From the NCBI GenBank assembly GCA_043809315.1, contig JAZDDX010000016.1:32001-96000 (forward strand): a stretch of DNA of 64,000 nt, in the 5' to 3' direction. This document shows, in pieces, positions 10,031-20,886 of the stretch. A program made the translations under genes and the position numbers. Every line of letters starts with the position of its first letter. Position 1 is the first letter of the stretch. The stretch is from Pseudomonadota bacterium (GTDB lineage: Bacteria; Bdellovibrionota_G; JALEGL01; DATDPG01). Below the pieces are notes generated by a model that saw only the letters and a list, made by a program, of their open reading frames with translations, made no database searches and was not told where the DNA came from.

Positions 10031-11386
10031 GTGCCGGAACGGAAACGGATTCTCGTCGTCGACGACGAGGAGTCGGCCCGTTCGGGTCTCCAGGAACTGA
10101 TCGAGAGCTGGGGGTTCGAAACGGAAGCGGCCGAAGACGGCCGGACGGCGCTCGACAAGATCAAGTCGTTCCGCCCGCACCTGATCCTGACCGACCTCGT
10201 CATGCCCCGGATGGACGCGATCGCGCTCTTAAAGAAAGTCGATCTCCGGGAGGTCCAGGTGATCCTCCTGACCGCGCAGGGGAGCATCGACTCCGCCGTC
10301 GAGGCGATCAAGCTCGGAGCGTACGACTACCTCACCAAACCGGTCGACATCGTCCGGCTCAAGCGCCTTCTCGAACACCTGGCCGAGAAGCTCGACACAG
10401 ACGAGGAAGTGAAGCGGTTGCGGTATCAGCTCCGGCAGCTCGGTTCGTTCGGCCGTCTCCACGGGACCTCGCCGGCCATGCAGGAGCTTTTCCGGCAGAT
10501 CGAAGTGGCGGCTCCCAGCAGTGCGTCGGTGTTGATCGCGGGCTCCAGCGGCACCGGCAAGGAACTGGTCGCGCGGACCATCCACGACTTGAGTCCCCGC
10601 CGGAACGCCCCGTTCATCGCGATCAACTGTTCCGCGATCCCGGCGACGCTCCTCGAAAGCGAGTTGTTCGGGCACGAGCGCGGCGCGTTCACGGGAGCGG
10701 TCAAGACCAAGGAGGGGTGTTTCGAGCTTGCGGACGGCGGGACGTTGTTCCTCGACGAGATCGCGACGATGGCGCTCGAGCTGCAAACGAAACTCCTTCG
10801 CGTCCTTGAGAACGGCCGGTTCCGGCGTGTCGGCGGACGGGATGAGCTGCACGCCAATGTCCGCCTGATCGCGGCATCCAACATCCGCTTCGACGACGCG
10901 ATCCGGGACGCGGTCTTCCGGGAGGACCTGTACTATCGGCTCAATGTGTTCCAGCTCTCGCTTCCCACTCTCCGTGAACGGGTCGCCGACATCCCGCTCC
11001 TGGCACAACATTTCGTCGACGAAATGTCCGAGAGGAATCATAAGGAGATCCGCTCGATCCATCCGGACGCGATGAACTGCCTCAAACACTTTGCGTGGCC
11101 GGGGAACGTCCGGGAATTGAAAAACACGATCGAACGGGCGGTGATCGTCGCGCGAGAGAAAACCATCCTGCTGCAGGATCTTCCCGAAGCGATCCGCCAG
11201 CATCCGGCTCAAGGGCCGGTCCTGTCGTTCCCGGTGGGAACCCCGATGGATGAAATCGAAAAGACGGCGATTCTCCGAACGCTCGACTTGACCGGCGGGA
11301 ACAAGACCGAGGCGGCAAAACTGTTAGGGCTCAGTCTCAAAACACTTCACAACAAGGTGAACCAGTACCGGGCGAGACCGGGGTAA
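10031..11386 (+). CDS. sigma-54-dependent response regulator (NtrC-family bEBP)
   Basis: Receiver ILVVDDE/TDLVMP, GSSGTGKE, GAFTGA, WPGNVREL, Fis-type HTH; GTG start after GAAAGGGGGG. Confidence 0.95.
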   Translation: MPERKRILVVDDEESARSGLQELIESWGFETEAAEDGRTALDKIKSFRPHLILTDLVMPRMDAIALLKKVDLREVQVILLTAQGSIDSAVEAIKLGAYDYLTKPVDIVRLKRLLEHLAEKLDTDEEVKRLRYQLRQLGSFGRLHGTSPAMQELFRQIEVAAPSSASVLIAGSSGTGKELVARTIHDLSPRRNAPFIAINCSAIPATLLESELFGHERGAFTGAVKTKEGCFELADGGTLFLDEIATMALELQTKLLRVLENGRFRRVGGRDELHANVRLIAASNIRFDDAIRDAVFREDLYYRLNVFQLSLPTLRERVADIPLLAQHFVDEMSERNHKEIRSIHPDAMNCLKHFAWPGNVRELKNTIERAVIVAREKTILLQDLPEAIRQHPAQGPVLSFPVGTPMDEIEKTAILRTLDLTGGNKTEAAKLLGLSLKTLHNKVNQYRARPG

Positions 11387-11397
11387 AGCACGGGTCG

Positions 11398-11410
11398 CGT
11401 AAATTTTACG
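11398..11410. promoter_or_regulatory. palindromic candidate bEBP enhancer (UAS)
   Basis: Perfect palindrome CGTAAA-T-TTTACG about 190 bp upstream of a sigma-54 promoter; degenerate copy GGTAATTTTTTCG at 11471-11483. Confidence 0.5.
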
Positions 11411-11585
11411 TAAGAACTATTTAAGCTCACGGTTTAAGAGCCCAGGGTGGAGCGTGACGAACCTACGTTTGGTAATTTTTTCGTGAAGTGGTTGCTAGAT
11501 TTGACCCACAGTGCACCTGTCTAAGGTTTTTACAAAAAAGTGCTGCGAATTCGGTTGGATATCGTTGTCGCAGAAAAACGACTCC

Positions 11586-11602
11586 TTGGTATGAGGATTG
11601 CA
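11586..11602 (+). promoter_or_regulatory. sigma-54 (-24/-12) promoter
   Basis: TTGGTATGAGGATTGCA: GG 11588-89, N10, GC 11600-01. Confidence 0.75.
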
Positions 11603-11612
11603 GTTCTCAGTT

Positions 11613-11800
11613 CCGCCTGAGAACTGTGTAGGCTAAGGGAATTCAGTTGAGAGGGGTGGTAGCCACTACCTCATTTCCCCCTACAACAAATGGTACCAAG
11701 TTCTCTCAGCTTCGGTCTGCTGGTTCCAGGCATAGTTAGGCGGCTAAGGGTGTCGTTCTTCCCCTCCTTCGAATGAACCCTTAGCCGTCCTTGTTTTTTC
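11613..11800 (+). ncRNA. candidate sigma-54-dependent small RNA
   Basis: Region between the sigma-54 promoter and an intrinsic terminator with no convincing ORF; stem-loops at 11646-11687 and 11739-11790 with C-rich single-stranded segments. Confidence 0.6.
11739..11799 (+). terminator. intrinsic terminator (+ strand)
   Basis: GGCGGCTAAGGGT...ACCCTTAGCCGTC followed by CTTGTTTTTT; U-tract only in + orientation. Confidence 0.75.
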
Positions 11801-11803
11801 TGC

Positions 11804-14239
11804 TTACCCGACGCGAACTAGATTCAGTTTGTCCTGCCAGACCTGTTCGAGAAACCAGGTCAGGTGCGCATGCCCAGGACGGCGAAGGTCACGATCTTCT
11901 TCGAGAAGCGTGAAAGCCTCCCGGCGAGCCGACTCGAGAAGACTGAGATCCCGGGGGAAAACGGCTACGGCAAAGCTCGGAAAACCAGATTGCTCGACGC
12001 CGAAGAAATCGCCCGGCCCCCGCACCCGGAGGTCTTCTTCCGCCAGAAGGAAGCCATCGTGAACCCGCGCGAAAACCCGCAGGCGGTTACGCGCCGTAAC
12101 CGAAACTCCGCTCGGGACGATCAGGAGACAGCTCGACTTCTCGCTTCCCCGCCCCACCCTGCCGCGCAATTGATGGAGCTGCGAAAGCCCGAACCGCTCG
12201 GGATGTTCGATGACCATCACGGTGGCGTTCGGAACGTCGATCCCGACCTCGATCACCGTCGTCGAGACGAGAACGTCGATCTCCCCGCGCACGAACTTGC
12301 CCATCACCTCTTCCTTCTGGAGACCGGGCATCTGTCCGTGGATCAGCGCGACCCGGAAGTCTCGGAATGGTCCCTCCTTGAGCTCCTCGGCCATGCTGGT
12401 GGCGTCTTTCGCCTGGAGTTGCTCCGACGGCTCGACGAGCGGGTAGACGACGTACGCCTGCTGCCCTTCCGAGACCGCCTTTCGAACCTCGGCATAGACC
12501 CGCTCCCGATCTTTCTCGGAGTAGAGGTTCGTTTCGATCGGCTTCCGCCCGGCCGGAAGTTCGTTCAGGATCGACACGTCGAGGTCGCCGTAGAGGGTGA
12601 GAGCGAGCGTGCGCGGGATTGGCGTGGCCGACATGACGAGAACGTCGGGTGCGAGGGCTTTCGAACGAATCGTCGCTCGCTGGCGGACACCGAACCGGTG
12701 CTGCTCGTCGACGACGACGAACCCGAGTGATTTGAAACGGACGTCTTTTTCGAGAAGCGCGTGCGTGCCGACGAGGATGTCGATCTTCCCCTCTTCGACA
12801 TCGCGCAATACCTCTTTCCGTTCCGACGTGGAGAGACAGCCGAGAAGACAACCGATGCGGATCCCCACCTGTTTTCCCCACGACGTGAGCGTGCGCAGAT
12901 GTTGTTCCGCCAGAATCTCCGTCGGTGCCATGAACCCCGCTTGGTATCCGTGATCGACTGCGACCAGCGCCGCAAGCATGGCAACGATCGTTTTGCCGCT
13001 TCCCACGTCCCCCTGCAGGAGACGATTCATCGGTCGCGCGGCCGCCATGTCGGACCGGATCGACTCCAGGACCTTTTTCTGCGCGTCGGTCAGCCGGAAC
13101 GGGAGCACGTCGATCAGTTTCCCGTACCGCGGGCTCTCCCGGTCAAACGCAATTCCGGGCTGTCCCGATACGATCCGTTTCCGGAGAGCGAGCGAGAGGC
13201 AGTAGAAAAAGAGTTCCTCGAACGCCAACGAACGCTCCAAAATCTCTCGGCGATCCTGCTTCGGTTCGCCAGCCGGCGCGTGGAGCTCGGCGATCGCCTT
13301 CCACGGGGGAAGCAAATCGAGCCGCTCGCAAATCTCCGGGGGAATCACGCACCTACGCTCCCCGGCATACGTCGCGACGGCGTAGTTCAGGACTTTCCGG
13401 AGCGTCTTCTGGTAGAGGCCGCCGACCTCCCGATAGACCGGGACGATCCGGCCGAACGAAACAGAGTCGAGTTGCCCGGTGTGAACCTCGAAATCGGGGT
13501 GATACATCTCGACCTTCGAACGGTAGACCTTGGTCTTGCCGCAAACGATGAGGCGCTGCCCCCGTTTGACCCTCTGCTCCAGGCTCCCGAGGATGAAGTG
13601 AAACCATTTGAGTTTCATGCTCCCGGTCTCGTCTTCGATCGTGACCTCGAAAACCCGCCGCCGGAGCCCCCGATAGAAGGCGACGCCGCTGAATGTGACC
13701 GTCCCGATGACCGTGGCCGCGACACCGTCCTTGAGTTCCCGGATCGGCGTAATCGCCCGGCGGTCTTCGTACCGGAGCGGAAAGAACATCAGAAGGTCCC
13801 CCACGTTCCGGATTCCGACCCGGTCGAACTTCGAGGCGATCGACGGGCCGACCCCTTTGACGAATTGAACGTTCCCGCCGAGACGTTGATACGAAAGCTT
13901 GAGTGCCGAGGTATCGGGGACGGGATGTTCCTGCAGGAGGAAGCTCCGCATGCGCGGCTGTCGGGCCGGCTTCCCGGAGATCAGGGAGCGGGCCTCGGAG
14001 ATCCGGCGTCTCTTCTCCTCGTCGCCGAGATCGTCGTACCCCGAGAACAGTTCCTGCAGGGCCCGGAACATCCGCATCTCCCTCTCTGCAAGATTCGAAG
14101 CAAGTGCCTCCCGGCTGACGTCGAGAACGTGTTGCGAGAGATTCTTGACCGTTTGAATCCGACGGGGGTCCCCTTCATCGACATACTTGAGAGGTCGTTC
14201 GATCGCCTCGAGGTAGTCTCGCGGCCCCTCTTCCGTCAT
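11804..14239 (-). CDS. recG: ATP-dependent DNA helicase RecG
   Basis: FFPLRYEDR, MNRLLQGDVGSGKT, DEQHRFGVRQR, SATPIPRTL, QLHQLRGRVGRG, RGPGDFFG. Confidence 0.97.
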   Translation of the reverse strand: MTEEGPRDYLEAIERPLKYVDEGDPRRIQTVKNLSQHVLDVSREALASNLAEREMRMFRALQELFSGYDDLGDEEKRRRISEARSLISGKPARQPRMRSFLLQEHPVPDTSALKLSYQRLGGNVQFVKGVGPSIASKFDRVGIRNVGDLLMFFPLRYEDRRAITPIRELKDGVAATVIGTVTFSGVAFYRGLRRRVFEVTIEDETGSMKLKWFHFILGSLEQRVKRGQRLIVCGKTKVYRSKVEMYHPDFEVHTGQLDSVSFGRIVPVYREVGGLYQKTLRKVLNYAVATYAGERRCVIPPEICERLDLLPPWKAIAELHAPAGEPKQDRREILERSLAFEELFFYCLSLALRKRIVSGQPGIAFDRESPRYGKLIDVLPFRLTDAQKKVLESIRSDMAAARPMNRLLQGDVGSGKTIVAMLAALVAVDHGYQAGFMAPTEILAEQHLRTLTSWGKQVGIRIGCLLGCLSTSERKEVLRDVEEGKIDILVGTHALLEKDVRFKSLGFVVVDEQHRFGVRQRATIRSKALAPDVLVMSATPIPRTLALTLYGDLDVSILNELPAGRKPIETNLYSEKDRERVYAEVRKAVSEGQQAYVVYPLVEPSEQLQAKDATSMAEELKEGPFRDFRVALIHGQMPGLQKEEVMGKFVRGEIDVLVSTTVIEVGIDVPNATVMVIEHPERFGLSQLHQLRGRVGRGSEKSSCLLIVPSGVSVTARNRLRVFARVHDGFLLAEEDLRVRGPGDFFGVEQSGFPSFAVAVFPRDLSLLESARREAFTLLEEDRDLRRPGHAHLTWFLEQVWQDKLNLVRVG

Positions 14240-14240
14240 G

Positions 14241-17200
14241 TTACGACCGGTTCCCCCGGAGGGACTGAAGCGTTCGGATCGAGACCGATCCCCCGAGAGC
14301 CGCCGCGATCGCCTTCGCCGCGGCCCATGATCCGGGAAGCGTCGTGAAGTACGGGATGTTCCTCTCGAGAGCACACCGGCGGATCGACCGCGAATCTTTG
14401 ACCGACGGTTTTCCCATCGTCGTGTTCATCACCAGGTCGACCTTGCGATTCAGGATCATGTCGACGACGTGGGGTCGTCCCTCGGCCACCTTATTCACCT
14501 GTTCGACCGGGATCCCACGCTCGAGAAGAAAGCGGGCGGTTCCGCGAGTCGAGACGATCCGGAAACCGTTTTCCCGCATCTGCCGGGCGATCTCGACCGC
14601 TCCCTCTTTGTCTTGATTGTTGACGCTCAAGAACACAACCCCCGAGCGCGGGAGAACGTTACCCGCCGCGTTCTGGGCTTTCCCGAACGCCAGCTCCCAA
14701 CGATCGTCCACCCCCATCACCTCGCCGGTTGATTTCATCTCCGGCCCCAACACCGGATCGACGTTCGAGAACCGGACAAACGGAAAAACCGGGGATTTGA
14801 CGGCGTAGTGTCCCGTCAACCTCCGTCGCTCCAGCTCCTCCGGTTTGAGCGTCCCTCCCAACATGATTCGGACCGCCTCCGCAACGAGCGGAATCCCGAT
14901 CGCTTTCGAAACGAAGGGAACGGTCCGTGAGGCGCGGGGGTTCACCTCCAGCACATAGAGCGTCTCCCCCTGCAGGGCGTACTGGATGTTCAGGAACCCT
15001 TTCACACGGAGCGCGACCGCGATCCGCTCGGTCTGATCTTGAATCTGTCGCAGGATCTTATCAGAGAGAGAGAAGGGGGGAAGGACACAGGAGGAGTCGC
15101 CCGAGTGAACCCCCGCCTGTTCCACATGCTGCATGATTCCCGCGACGAACGTTGCATGCCCATCGCTCAATCCATCGACGTCGATTTCGATCGAATTCTC
15201 GATGTACCGGTCGATCAGGACCGGATGCTCCGAGGAGGCCCGGACCGCTTGGGTGAGATAATCACCGAGTTCTTTCTCGTCGTAGACCACCTCCATCGAG
15301 CGCCCACCCAGGACATACGAGGGGCGAACCATGAGGGGATATCCGATCTTCGCGGCGACCGCTTGCGCCTCTTCCACCGATCGTGCCACTCCGGCCTCGG
15401 GCTGACGGATCCGGAGCTCTTCGAGGAGCCCCCGGAACCTCTCGCGATCCTCCGCCATATCGATCGCGTCGGGAGAGGTCCCTAGAATCGGAACCCCTGA
15501 TTCCGAGAGAAACTTCGCCAGTTTGAGCGGAGTCTGCCCGCCGAACTGGAGGATCACCCCTTTCGGTTTTTCGCGATCGAGGATTCCGATCACATCCTCG
15601 GCGGTCAACGGCTCGAAATAAAGGCGGTCGGAGGTATCGAAGTCGGTCGAGACGGTTTCCGGGTTGCAATTCACCATCAGGCTCTCGAGGTTCGATTCGC
15701 GGAGCGCCAGGCTGGCGTGCACGCAACAGTAATCGAACTCGATCCCCTGCCCGATCCGGTTCGGCCCGCTCCCCAAGATCACCACCTTGTCACGCGGTGT
15801 GGGGGGGGCCTCGTCCTCGGCGGCAAACGTGGAGTAGAGGTAGTTCGTGCGCGACTCGAACTCCGCCGCACAGGTGTCGACGGCGTGATAGACCGGACGA
15901 ACGCTGATCGCTTCCCGTCGGCTTCGGACCTCTTTTTCGTTCGACCCGAGGAGTTCGCCGAGCCTGCGATCGGAGAAGCCTAAGCCTTTGAGACGCATCC
16001 ACTCGTCCCGATCCAGCGTGTCGATCGGTACCGACTTCAAGCTCTCCTCTTCCCGGACGATTTCCTGGATCTGCGACAAGAACCACGGATCGATCCCCGT
16101 TGCCTCCGCCGCCGCCTCGACCGAAACGTTCCTCCGGAGAAGCTCGGCCAGAACCATGATCCGCTCCGGGACCGCCGTGCACATCATCCCGAGCAGTTCC
16201 TCGTCCGAGAGATTCTCCTTCCCCAGAGGCTTGAGCGATCCCCAGAAACCGTATTGCCCGATCTCGAGGGAACGGATCGCTTTCTGGAGCGATTCGCAGA
16301 ACGTCCCTCCGATCGCCATCACCTCCCCGACCGATTTCATCTGCGGGGTGAGCGACCGGTCCGACCCTTTGAACTTACCGAAATCGAACCGGGGGATCTT
16401 CGTCACGACGTAATCGATCGTCGGCTCGAACGAGGCTTTGGTGACCCGGGTGATATCGTTCGGGAGTTCATCGAGCGTGTAGCCGACCGCCAACTTCGCG
16501 GCCAACTTCGCGATCGGGTAGCCGGTCGCCTTCGAAGCGAGCGCCGAGCTGCGCGAGACGCGCGGGTTCATCTCGATCACGTAGACCTGGCCCGTCCCCG
16601 GATGAACCGCGAACTGGATGTTCGACCCGCCGGAATCGACGCCGATCTCCCGCATGATCGCGATCGAGTAGTCCCGGAGCCGCTGGTACTCGACGTCGGT
16701 CAGCGTCTGCGCCGGAGCGACGGTGATGCTGTCCCCCGTGTGAATCCCCACGGGGTCGAGGTTCTCGATCGAGCAGATCACGACGACGTTGTCGTTGCGG
16801 TCGCGCATCATCTCGAGCTCGAACTCTTTCCATCCGAGGATCGACTCCTCGACCAGCACCTCCCCGATCGGGCTCGACTCGAGCCCCCACCGGATCAGCT
16901 TTTCGTACTCCTCCGCGTTGTAGGCGACGGAAGCCCCCGCTCCGCCCAGCGTGTAGGAGGGGCGGATGATCGCCGGAAGGCGCACCGTTTCGAGCGCCTC
17001 GGCCGCTTCGTTGCGGTTCCGAATGTAAGCGCTGCGCGGGACCGGGACCCCGATCCGATCCATCGCCTCCTTGAACCGCTCACGGTTTTCCGCCTTTTCG
17101 ATCGACTCGACTCGCGCCCCGATCAGTTCGACGCGGCAGGCCTCCAGCACCCCCTGCCGATGGAGCGCCATCGCGAGGTTGAGCGCCGTCTGTCCTCCCA

Positions 17201-17468
17201 TCGTCGGAAGGATTGCGTCCGGTCGCTCACGCTCGACGATCTTGGTCAACGTCTCGACCGTCAGGGGCTCGACGTACGTGGCGTCGGCGTAAACCGGATC
17301 GGTCATGATCGTCGCCGGGTTGGAGTTCACGAGAATGAGACGATACCCCTCCTCTTTGAGGGCTTTGAGCGCTTGCGTTCCGCTGTAATCGAATTCGCAC
17401 GCCTGGCCGATCACGATCGGTCCCGATCCGATCAGGAGGATCGAGCGGATGTCGGTCCTCTTCGGCAT
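14241..17468 (-). CDS. carB: carbamoyl-phosphate synthase large subunit
   Basis: [64 protein letters not shown] domain. Confidence 0.98.
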   Translation of the reverse strand: MPKRTDIRSILLIGSGPIVIGQACEFDYSGTQALKALKEEGYRLILVNSNPATIMTDPVYADATYVEPLTVETLTKIVERERPDAILPTMGGQTALNLAMALHRQGVLEACRVELIGARVESIEKAENRERFKEAMDRIGVPVPRSAYIRNRNEAAEALETVRLPAIIRPSYTLGGAGASVAYNAEEYEKLIRWGLESSPIGEVLVEESILGWKEFELEMMRDRNDNVVVICSIENLDPVGIHTGDSITVAPAQTLTDVEYQRLRDYSIAIMREIGVDSGGSNIQFAVHPGTGQVYVIEMNPRVSRSSALASKATGYPIAKLAAKLAVGYTLDELPNDITRVTKASFEPTIDYVVTKIPRFDFGKFKGSDRSLTPQMKSVGEVMAIGGTFCESLQKAIRSLEIGQYGFWGSLKPLGKENLSDEELLGMMCTAVPERIMVLAELLRRNVSVEAAAEATGIDPWFLSQIQEIVREEESLKSVPIDTLDRDEWMRLKGLGFSDRRLGELLGSNEKEVRSRREAISVRPVYHAVDTCAAEFESRTNYLYSTFAAEDEAPPTPRDKVVILGSGPNRIGQGIEFDYCCVHASLALRESNLESLMVNCNPETVSTDFDTSDRLYFEPLTAEDVIGILDREKPKGVILQFGGQTPLKLAKFLSESGVPILGTSPDAIDMAEDRERFRGLLEELRIRQPEAGVARSVEEAQAVAAKIGYPLMVRPSYVLGGRSMEVVYDEKELGDYLTQAVRASSEHPVLIDRYIENSIEIDVDGLSDGHATFVAGIMQHVEQAGVHSGDSSCVLPPFSLSDKILRQIQDQTERIAVALRVKGFLNIQYALQGETLYVLEVNPRASRTVPFVSKAIGIPLVAEAVRIMLGGTLKPEELERRRLTGHYAVKSPVFPFVRFSNVDPVLGPEMKSTGEVMGVDDRWELAFGKAQNAAGNVLPRSGVVFLSVNNQDKEGAVEIARQMRENGFRIVSTRGTARFLLERGIPVEQVNKVAEGRPHVVDMILNRKVDLVMNTTMGKPSVKDSRSIRRCALERNIPYFTTLPGSWAAAKAIAAALGGSVSIRTLQSLRGNRS

Positions 17469-18154
17469 CACCCTCCCCCGGCCGCATCGACGGTGCGACG
17501 TTCGGTCTCGAACCGGTCCCGCTCGAACATCCCCCAGTCGTACACCTGGTCGGTCGGAACATGGGAAAACCTCTCCCGCTTGAGCTTCATGTAGGCAAGC
17601 CCCATGAGGATCGTTTCCCAGGTCTCCAATCCTTTCTCCCGGCTCTTCCGGGCCTCCTCCGTGATGAACGGGGCCGCGTCGGAAGGATGGATCCAGAGCG
17701 CGTCGGTGAAGAAACGGTCGTCCCCCAGCTCGAGGATTCTCGCATCGAGAAGATCGCCGCGGTGAACCCCGGCGAGCGGGTGCTGTGCCGATACCTCGTG
17801 ACTCTCGAGGGTACGGAGATCCTCCACCACGTACCGGCTCTCCCCCTGCCCGGTGACGCGGAAAAGGGAGTGGATGCTCTTTTCGAGACCCACGAGGATC
17901 TCGTTCTCGCGTTCTTCCAGCGTCTCGCGATATTTCAAGCGGTAGAGACGGATCGGAGGGATCCCGGTATCCCAAAGAAGACGGTCCAGAAGATACCATT
18001 CGAGGCAGGCCGTCATCCGGATCTCGAACATCGGCTCGTCCTGGAACACCTTCCCCGTACGACGGAAGTAATCCTCTCGGGCGATCGAAAATTCCCCGAG
18101 ATACGGCTCGGCGCTGAAGATCTGAGCTACGCGATCGAGCGTTGCCTTGTACAT
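17468..18154 (-). CDS. conserved hypothetical protein
   Basis: 228-aa frame from MYKATLDRV; overlaps the carA stop and abuts the carB start; native codon usage. Confidence 0.75.
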   Translation of the reverse strand: MYKATLDRVAQIFSAEPYLGEFSIAREDYFRRTGKVFQDEPMFEIRMTACLEWYLLDRLLWDTGIPPIRLYRLKYRETLEERENEILVGLEKSIHSLFRVTGQGESRYVVEDLRTLESHEVSAQHPLAGVHRGDLLDARILELGDDRFFTDALWIHPSDAAPFITEEARKSREKGLETWETILMGLAYMKLKRERFSHVPTDQVYDWGMFERDRFETERRTVDAAGGG

Positions 18155-19254
18155 TCCAGGAACTCCCCAAAGAGATAGGTTGCGTCGTGCGGACCCGGTC
18201 CGGCCTCCGGATGATACTGGATCGCCCGAACGGATTGAGTGGGGCAATCGAACCCTTCGATCGTCCCGTCGGAGAGGTGAACATGCGTGACCTCGACCTT
18301 CCCGAAACGCGCCTCTCCGACCCGCTCCAGGCTCTCCCCATCGACTGCGAAACCGTGATTCTGCGACGTGATCTCGATCCGACCGGTCCTTTCGTTTCGG
18401 ACCGGATGATTGGCGCCGTGATGCCCGAACTTGAGTTTATAGGTACGAGCCCCGATCGCCAGTGCCAGCAGCTGATGCCCCAGACAGATCCCGAAGATCG
18501 GGACCGACCCGATCAGCTGCCGGAGAGTTTCCGGAAGACCGGGGACCGCGTCCGGATCACCAGGGCCGTTCGAAACCAGAACCCCGTCGGGACGGAGATT
18601 CTTGATCTCGGTCGCGGGGGTCGAGGGGGGAACGACCGTCACGCGGGCCCCCTCATCCGCGAGACGCCGAAGGATGCTGTGCTTGGCGCCGCAGTCGATG
18701 AGAACGATGTGGTGGCGGGCGTTTCGGATCTCCTTCCCGGCGGAGTCCGTCAACCATTCGTACCTCTCCCGGCAGGCGACGGCCGAAGCGAGATCGAGCC
18801 CCTGCATCGGGGGGATCTCGCGAAGCTTCTTCCGAAGGGCCTCGAGGCCGACGCTCTCGGTTCCGATGACCGCGCGAAGCGCTCCACCCGAGCGGATTTT
18901 GCGCGTCAGGGCCCGGGTGTCGATCCCCTCCAGCGCGACGATCTTCTGGTTCTTCAGGAAATGGGCCAGGGTTCCCTTCGCCCGGTAGTTGCTCGGATAG
19001 TCCACATACCTGCGGACCACGAATCCGGAGCAGTAAACCTTCCCCGATTCGAAATCGTCGGGGTTGACCCCGTAGTTCCCGATCATCGGATAGGTCATGA
19101 CGATGATCTGGCCGTAGTACGACGGGTCGGTCAGGATCTCCTGGTACCCGGTCATCGCCGTGTTGAACACCACTTCGCCGCCGCTCCCCCCTTCGTACCC
19201 GAAGGAGCGACCGGCCATCACGGTGCCGTCTTCCAGCAGCAGATACCCTTTCAT
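18127..19254 (-). CDS. carA: carbamoyl-phosphate synthase small subunit
   Basis: [56 protein letters not shown]. Confidence 0.98.
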   Translation of the reverse strand: MKGYLLLEDGTVMAGRSFGYEGGSGGEVVFNTAMTGYQEILTDPSYYGQIIVMTYPMIGNYGVNPDDFESGKVYCSGFVVRRYVDYPSNYRAKGTLAHFLKNQKIVALEGIDTRALTRKIRSGGALRAVIGTESVGLEALRKKLREIPPMQGLDLASAVACRERYEWLTDSAGKEIRNARHHIVLIDCGAKHSILRRLADEGARVTVVPPSTPATEIKNLRPDGVLVSNGPGDPDAVPGLPETLRQLIGSVPIFGICLGHQLLALAIGARTYKLKFGHHGANHPVRNERTGRIEITSQNHGFAVDGESLERVGEARFGKVEVTHVHLSDGTIEGFDCPTQSVRAIQYHPEAGPGPHDATYLFGEFLECTRQRSIA

Positions 19255-20459
19255 CTCTCTTCCCCGAACACCTGACGTCCCCCGACGAACGTATACAACA
19301 TTCTCCCCCGACCTTTGAAGCCCGCGAACGGGGTATTTCTCGATTTCGAACGGTACGGCCCTCCGTGGAGCTCCCGTTCCCCGTCCGCCTCGAAGATGGC
19401 GAGATCGGCCGGCATTCCCGGAGCCAGCGAACCGGCCCGGAGGCCCGCGATCCTCGCCGGCGTTGTCGAGAGCGCTTCCACCATCCGGACGAGCGTCAGC
19501 TCCCCCCGATGAACCAGACTCAAAAGGACCGGAAGAGCCGTCTCGAGACCGATCACGCCGTTGGGCGCCTCCGGGAACGGCCGGCCCTTCTCTTGCGGAG
19601 TGTGAGGGGCATGGTCGGTCGCGACCGCGTCGATCATACCGGCGGCCAAAGCCGTTCGGAGGACGGCGCAATCCTCCTCGGTCCGAAGCGGGGGGTTCAT
19701 CTTGGCGTTCGTCCCGTGCGTATCGATCGCAAGGGAGGTAAGGACCAGGTGATGCGGTGTCACTTCCGAGGTCAACGTCGGGAGGTGTTTTCGGAATCGG
19801 GAGATCAGGTCGACCGACTCGCGGCACGACACGTGGGCGATGTGGAGGCGCCCCCCCGTCTCCGCCGCGATCGTCAGCGCGCGCGAAAGTCCCGCCACTT
19901 CGTTCGGGTCGTCGCAATGTTCGATGATGAGGAGACCGGACCGTTTCGATTCTGCCAGCGCCCGCCGGAGAAGATGGGTGTTGTGGCAGGGGCGACCGTC
20001 ATCGGAGAACGCGACACACCCGGCTTGACGAAGTTCCGCGAGAGGGGCCGATTCCTTCCCTTCGAGCCCGCAAGTCACCGCTCCGACCGGATAGACCCGG
20101 CAGAGATCGACCTGACGGGCCCGATCCAGGATCCGACTCGTGATCTCCGGAGAGTCGTTGACAGGGGTCGTGTTCGCCATGCAGAGGACCGACGTGAAGC
20201 CGCCGGCGACTGCGGATAAGCTCCCCGACTCGATATCCTCTTTATCGGTCTGTCCTGGCTCCCGGAAATGAACGTGAAGGTCGACAAACCCGGGGGTTAT
20301 GACCGCACCGGTCGCGTCGATCTCCCGATCGACCCGTCCGAGACATTCTCCAGGGCGAAGGATCGCGCGGACCGAGCCGTCGGAGATCCAGAGATCGAAC
20401 GCTCCGTCACGCCCCTCGGCGGGGTCGATCAGACGTCCGTTCCGGATCCACAGCTCCAT
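19251..20459 (-). CDS. pyrC: dihydroorotase
   Basis: DLHVHFREPG, HIAHVS, KMNPPLR, ATDHAPH, SKSRNTPF. Confidence 0.92.
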   Translation of the reverse strand: MELWIRNGRLIDPAEGRDGAFDLWISDGSVRAILRPGECLGRVDREIDATGAVITPGFVDLHVHFREPGQTDKEDIESGSLSAVAGGFTSVLCMANTTPVNDSPEITSRILDRARQVDLCRVYPVGAVTCGLEGKESAPLAELRQAGCVAFSDDGRPCHNTHLLRRALAESKRSGLLIIEHCDDPNEVAGLSRALTIAAETGGRLHIAHVSCRESVDLISRFRKHLPTLTSEVTPHHLVLTSLAIDTHGTNAKMNPPLRTEEDCAVLRTALAAGMIDAVATDHAPHTPQEKGRPFPEAPNGVIGLETALPVLLSLVHRGELTLVRMVEALSTTPARIAGLRAGSLAPGMPADLAIFEADGERELHGGPYRSKSRNTPFAGFKGRGRMLYTFVGGRQVFGEER

Positions 20460-20473
20460 ATCGACGGTTCTCC

Positions 20474-20833
20474 TTAATAAAAGGTGGTGGTTACAACCAC
20501 ATTCCAGGCGTGTTGGAGCGACCAGACCCCCAAGAAACGGACCGTGGGGCGCCAGGTGACACGGATCCGGATCCGCTCGGAGAAACGAGTGATCTCGATA
20601 TCCCCCTCTTGAAGGTCAATCTCCATGTCATTATGGGCGGTCTCGATCAACGTCTTCCGGAGTTGGTCGTCCTCCGAACGTGCCGCGCTATACGATATCT
20701 CTTTGACGGCATCCTCGAGCTTCTGCTTGTTCCAGACGACCGGAACGTACTTGTAGCAAAGATAAAATCCCGCGATCGAGAGCACGACGAGAAAAAAACC
20801 TACGAAGTTGAAGCTGTTCGGTCCCTTCCCCAT
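20474..20833 (-). CDS. single-TM hypothetical protein (DUF4845-like)
   Basis: N-terminal hydrophobic helix then ...YKYVPV..., small alpha/beta domain; position downstream of lepA. Confidence 0.6.
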   Translation of the reverse strand: MGKGPNSFNFVGFFLVVLSIAGFYLCYKYVPVVWNKQKLEDAVKEISYSAARSEDDQLRKTLIETAHNDMEIDLQEGDIEITRFSERIRIRVTWRPTVRFLGVWSLQHAWNVVVTTTFY

Positions 20834-20886
20834 CGGTTCCTCCCCTTAATGACGGCGGGTCTCTAAAGCAAGGTTTTCCTTCGCGA

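Noticed and set aside
11690-11776. 28-codon ORF inside the candidate sRNA
   Set aside because: No SD and runs through the terminator stem; kept only as an alternative hypothesis.
12761-14347. 528-aa plus-strand ORF
   Set aside because: Antisense to recG with no recognisable domain.
14241-19917. Apparent long N-terminal extensions or fusions on carB and carA (also accD, rpoD, efp)
   Set aside because: Artefacts of most-upstream start selection; the extensions overlap real upstream genes in other frames.
19880-19930. Short internal deletion in pyrC suggesting a pseudogene
   Set aside because: Frame intact and all metal and catalytic motifs retained.
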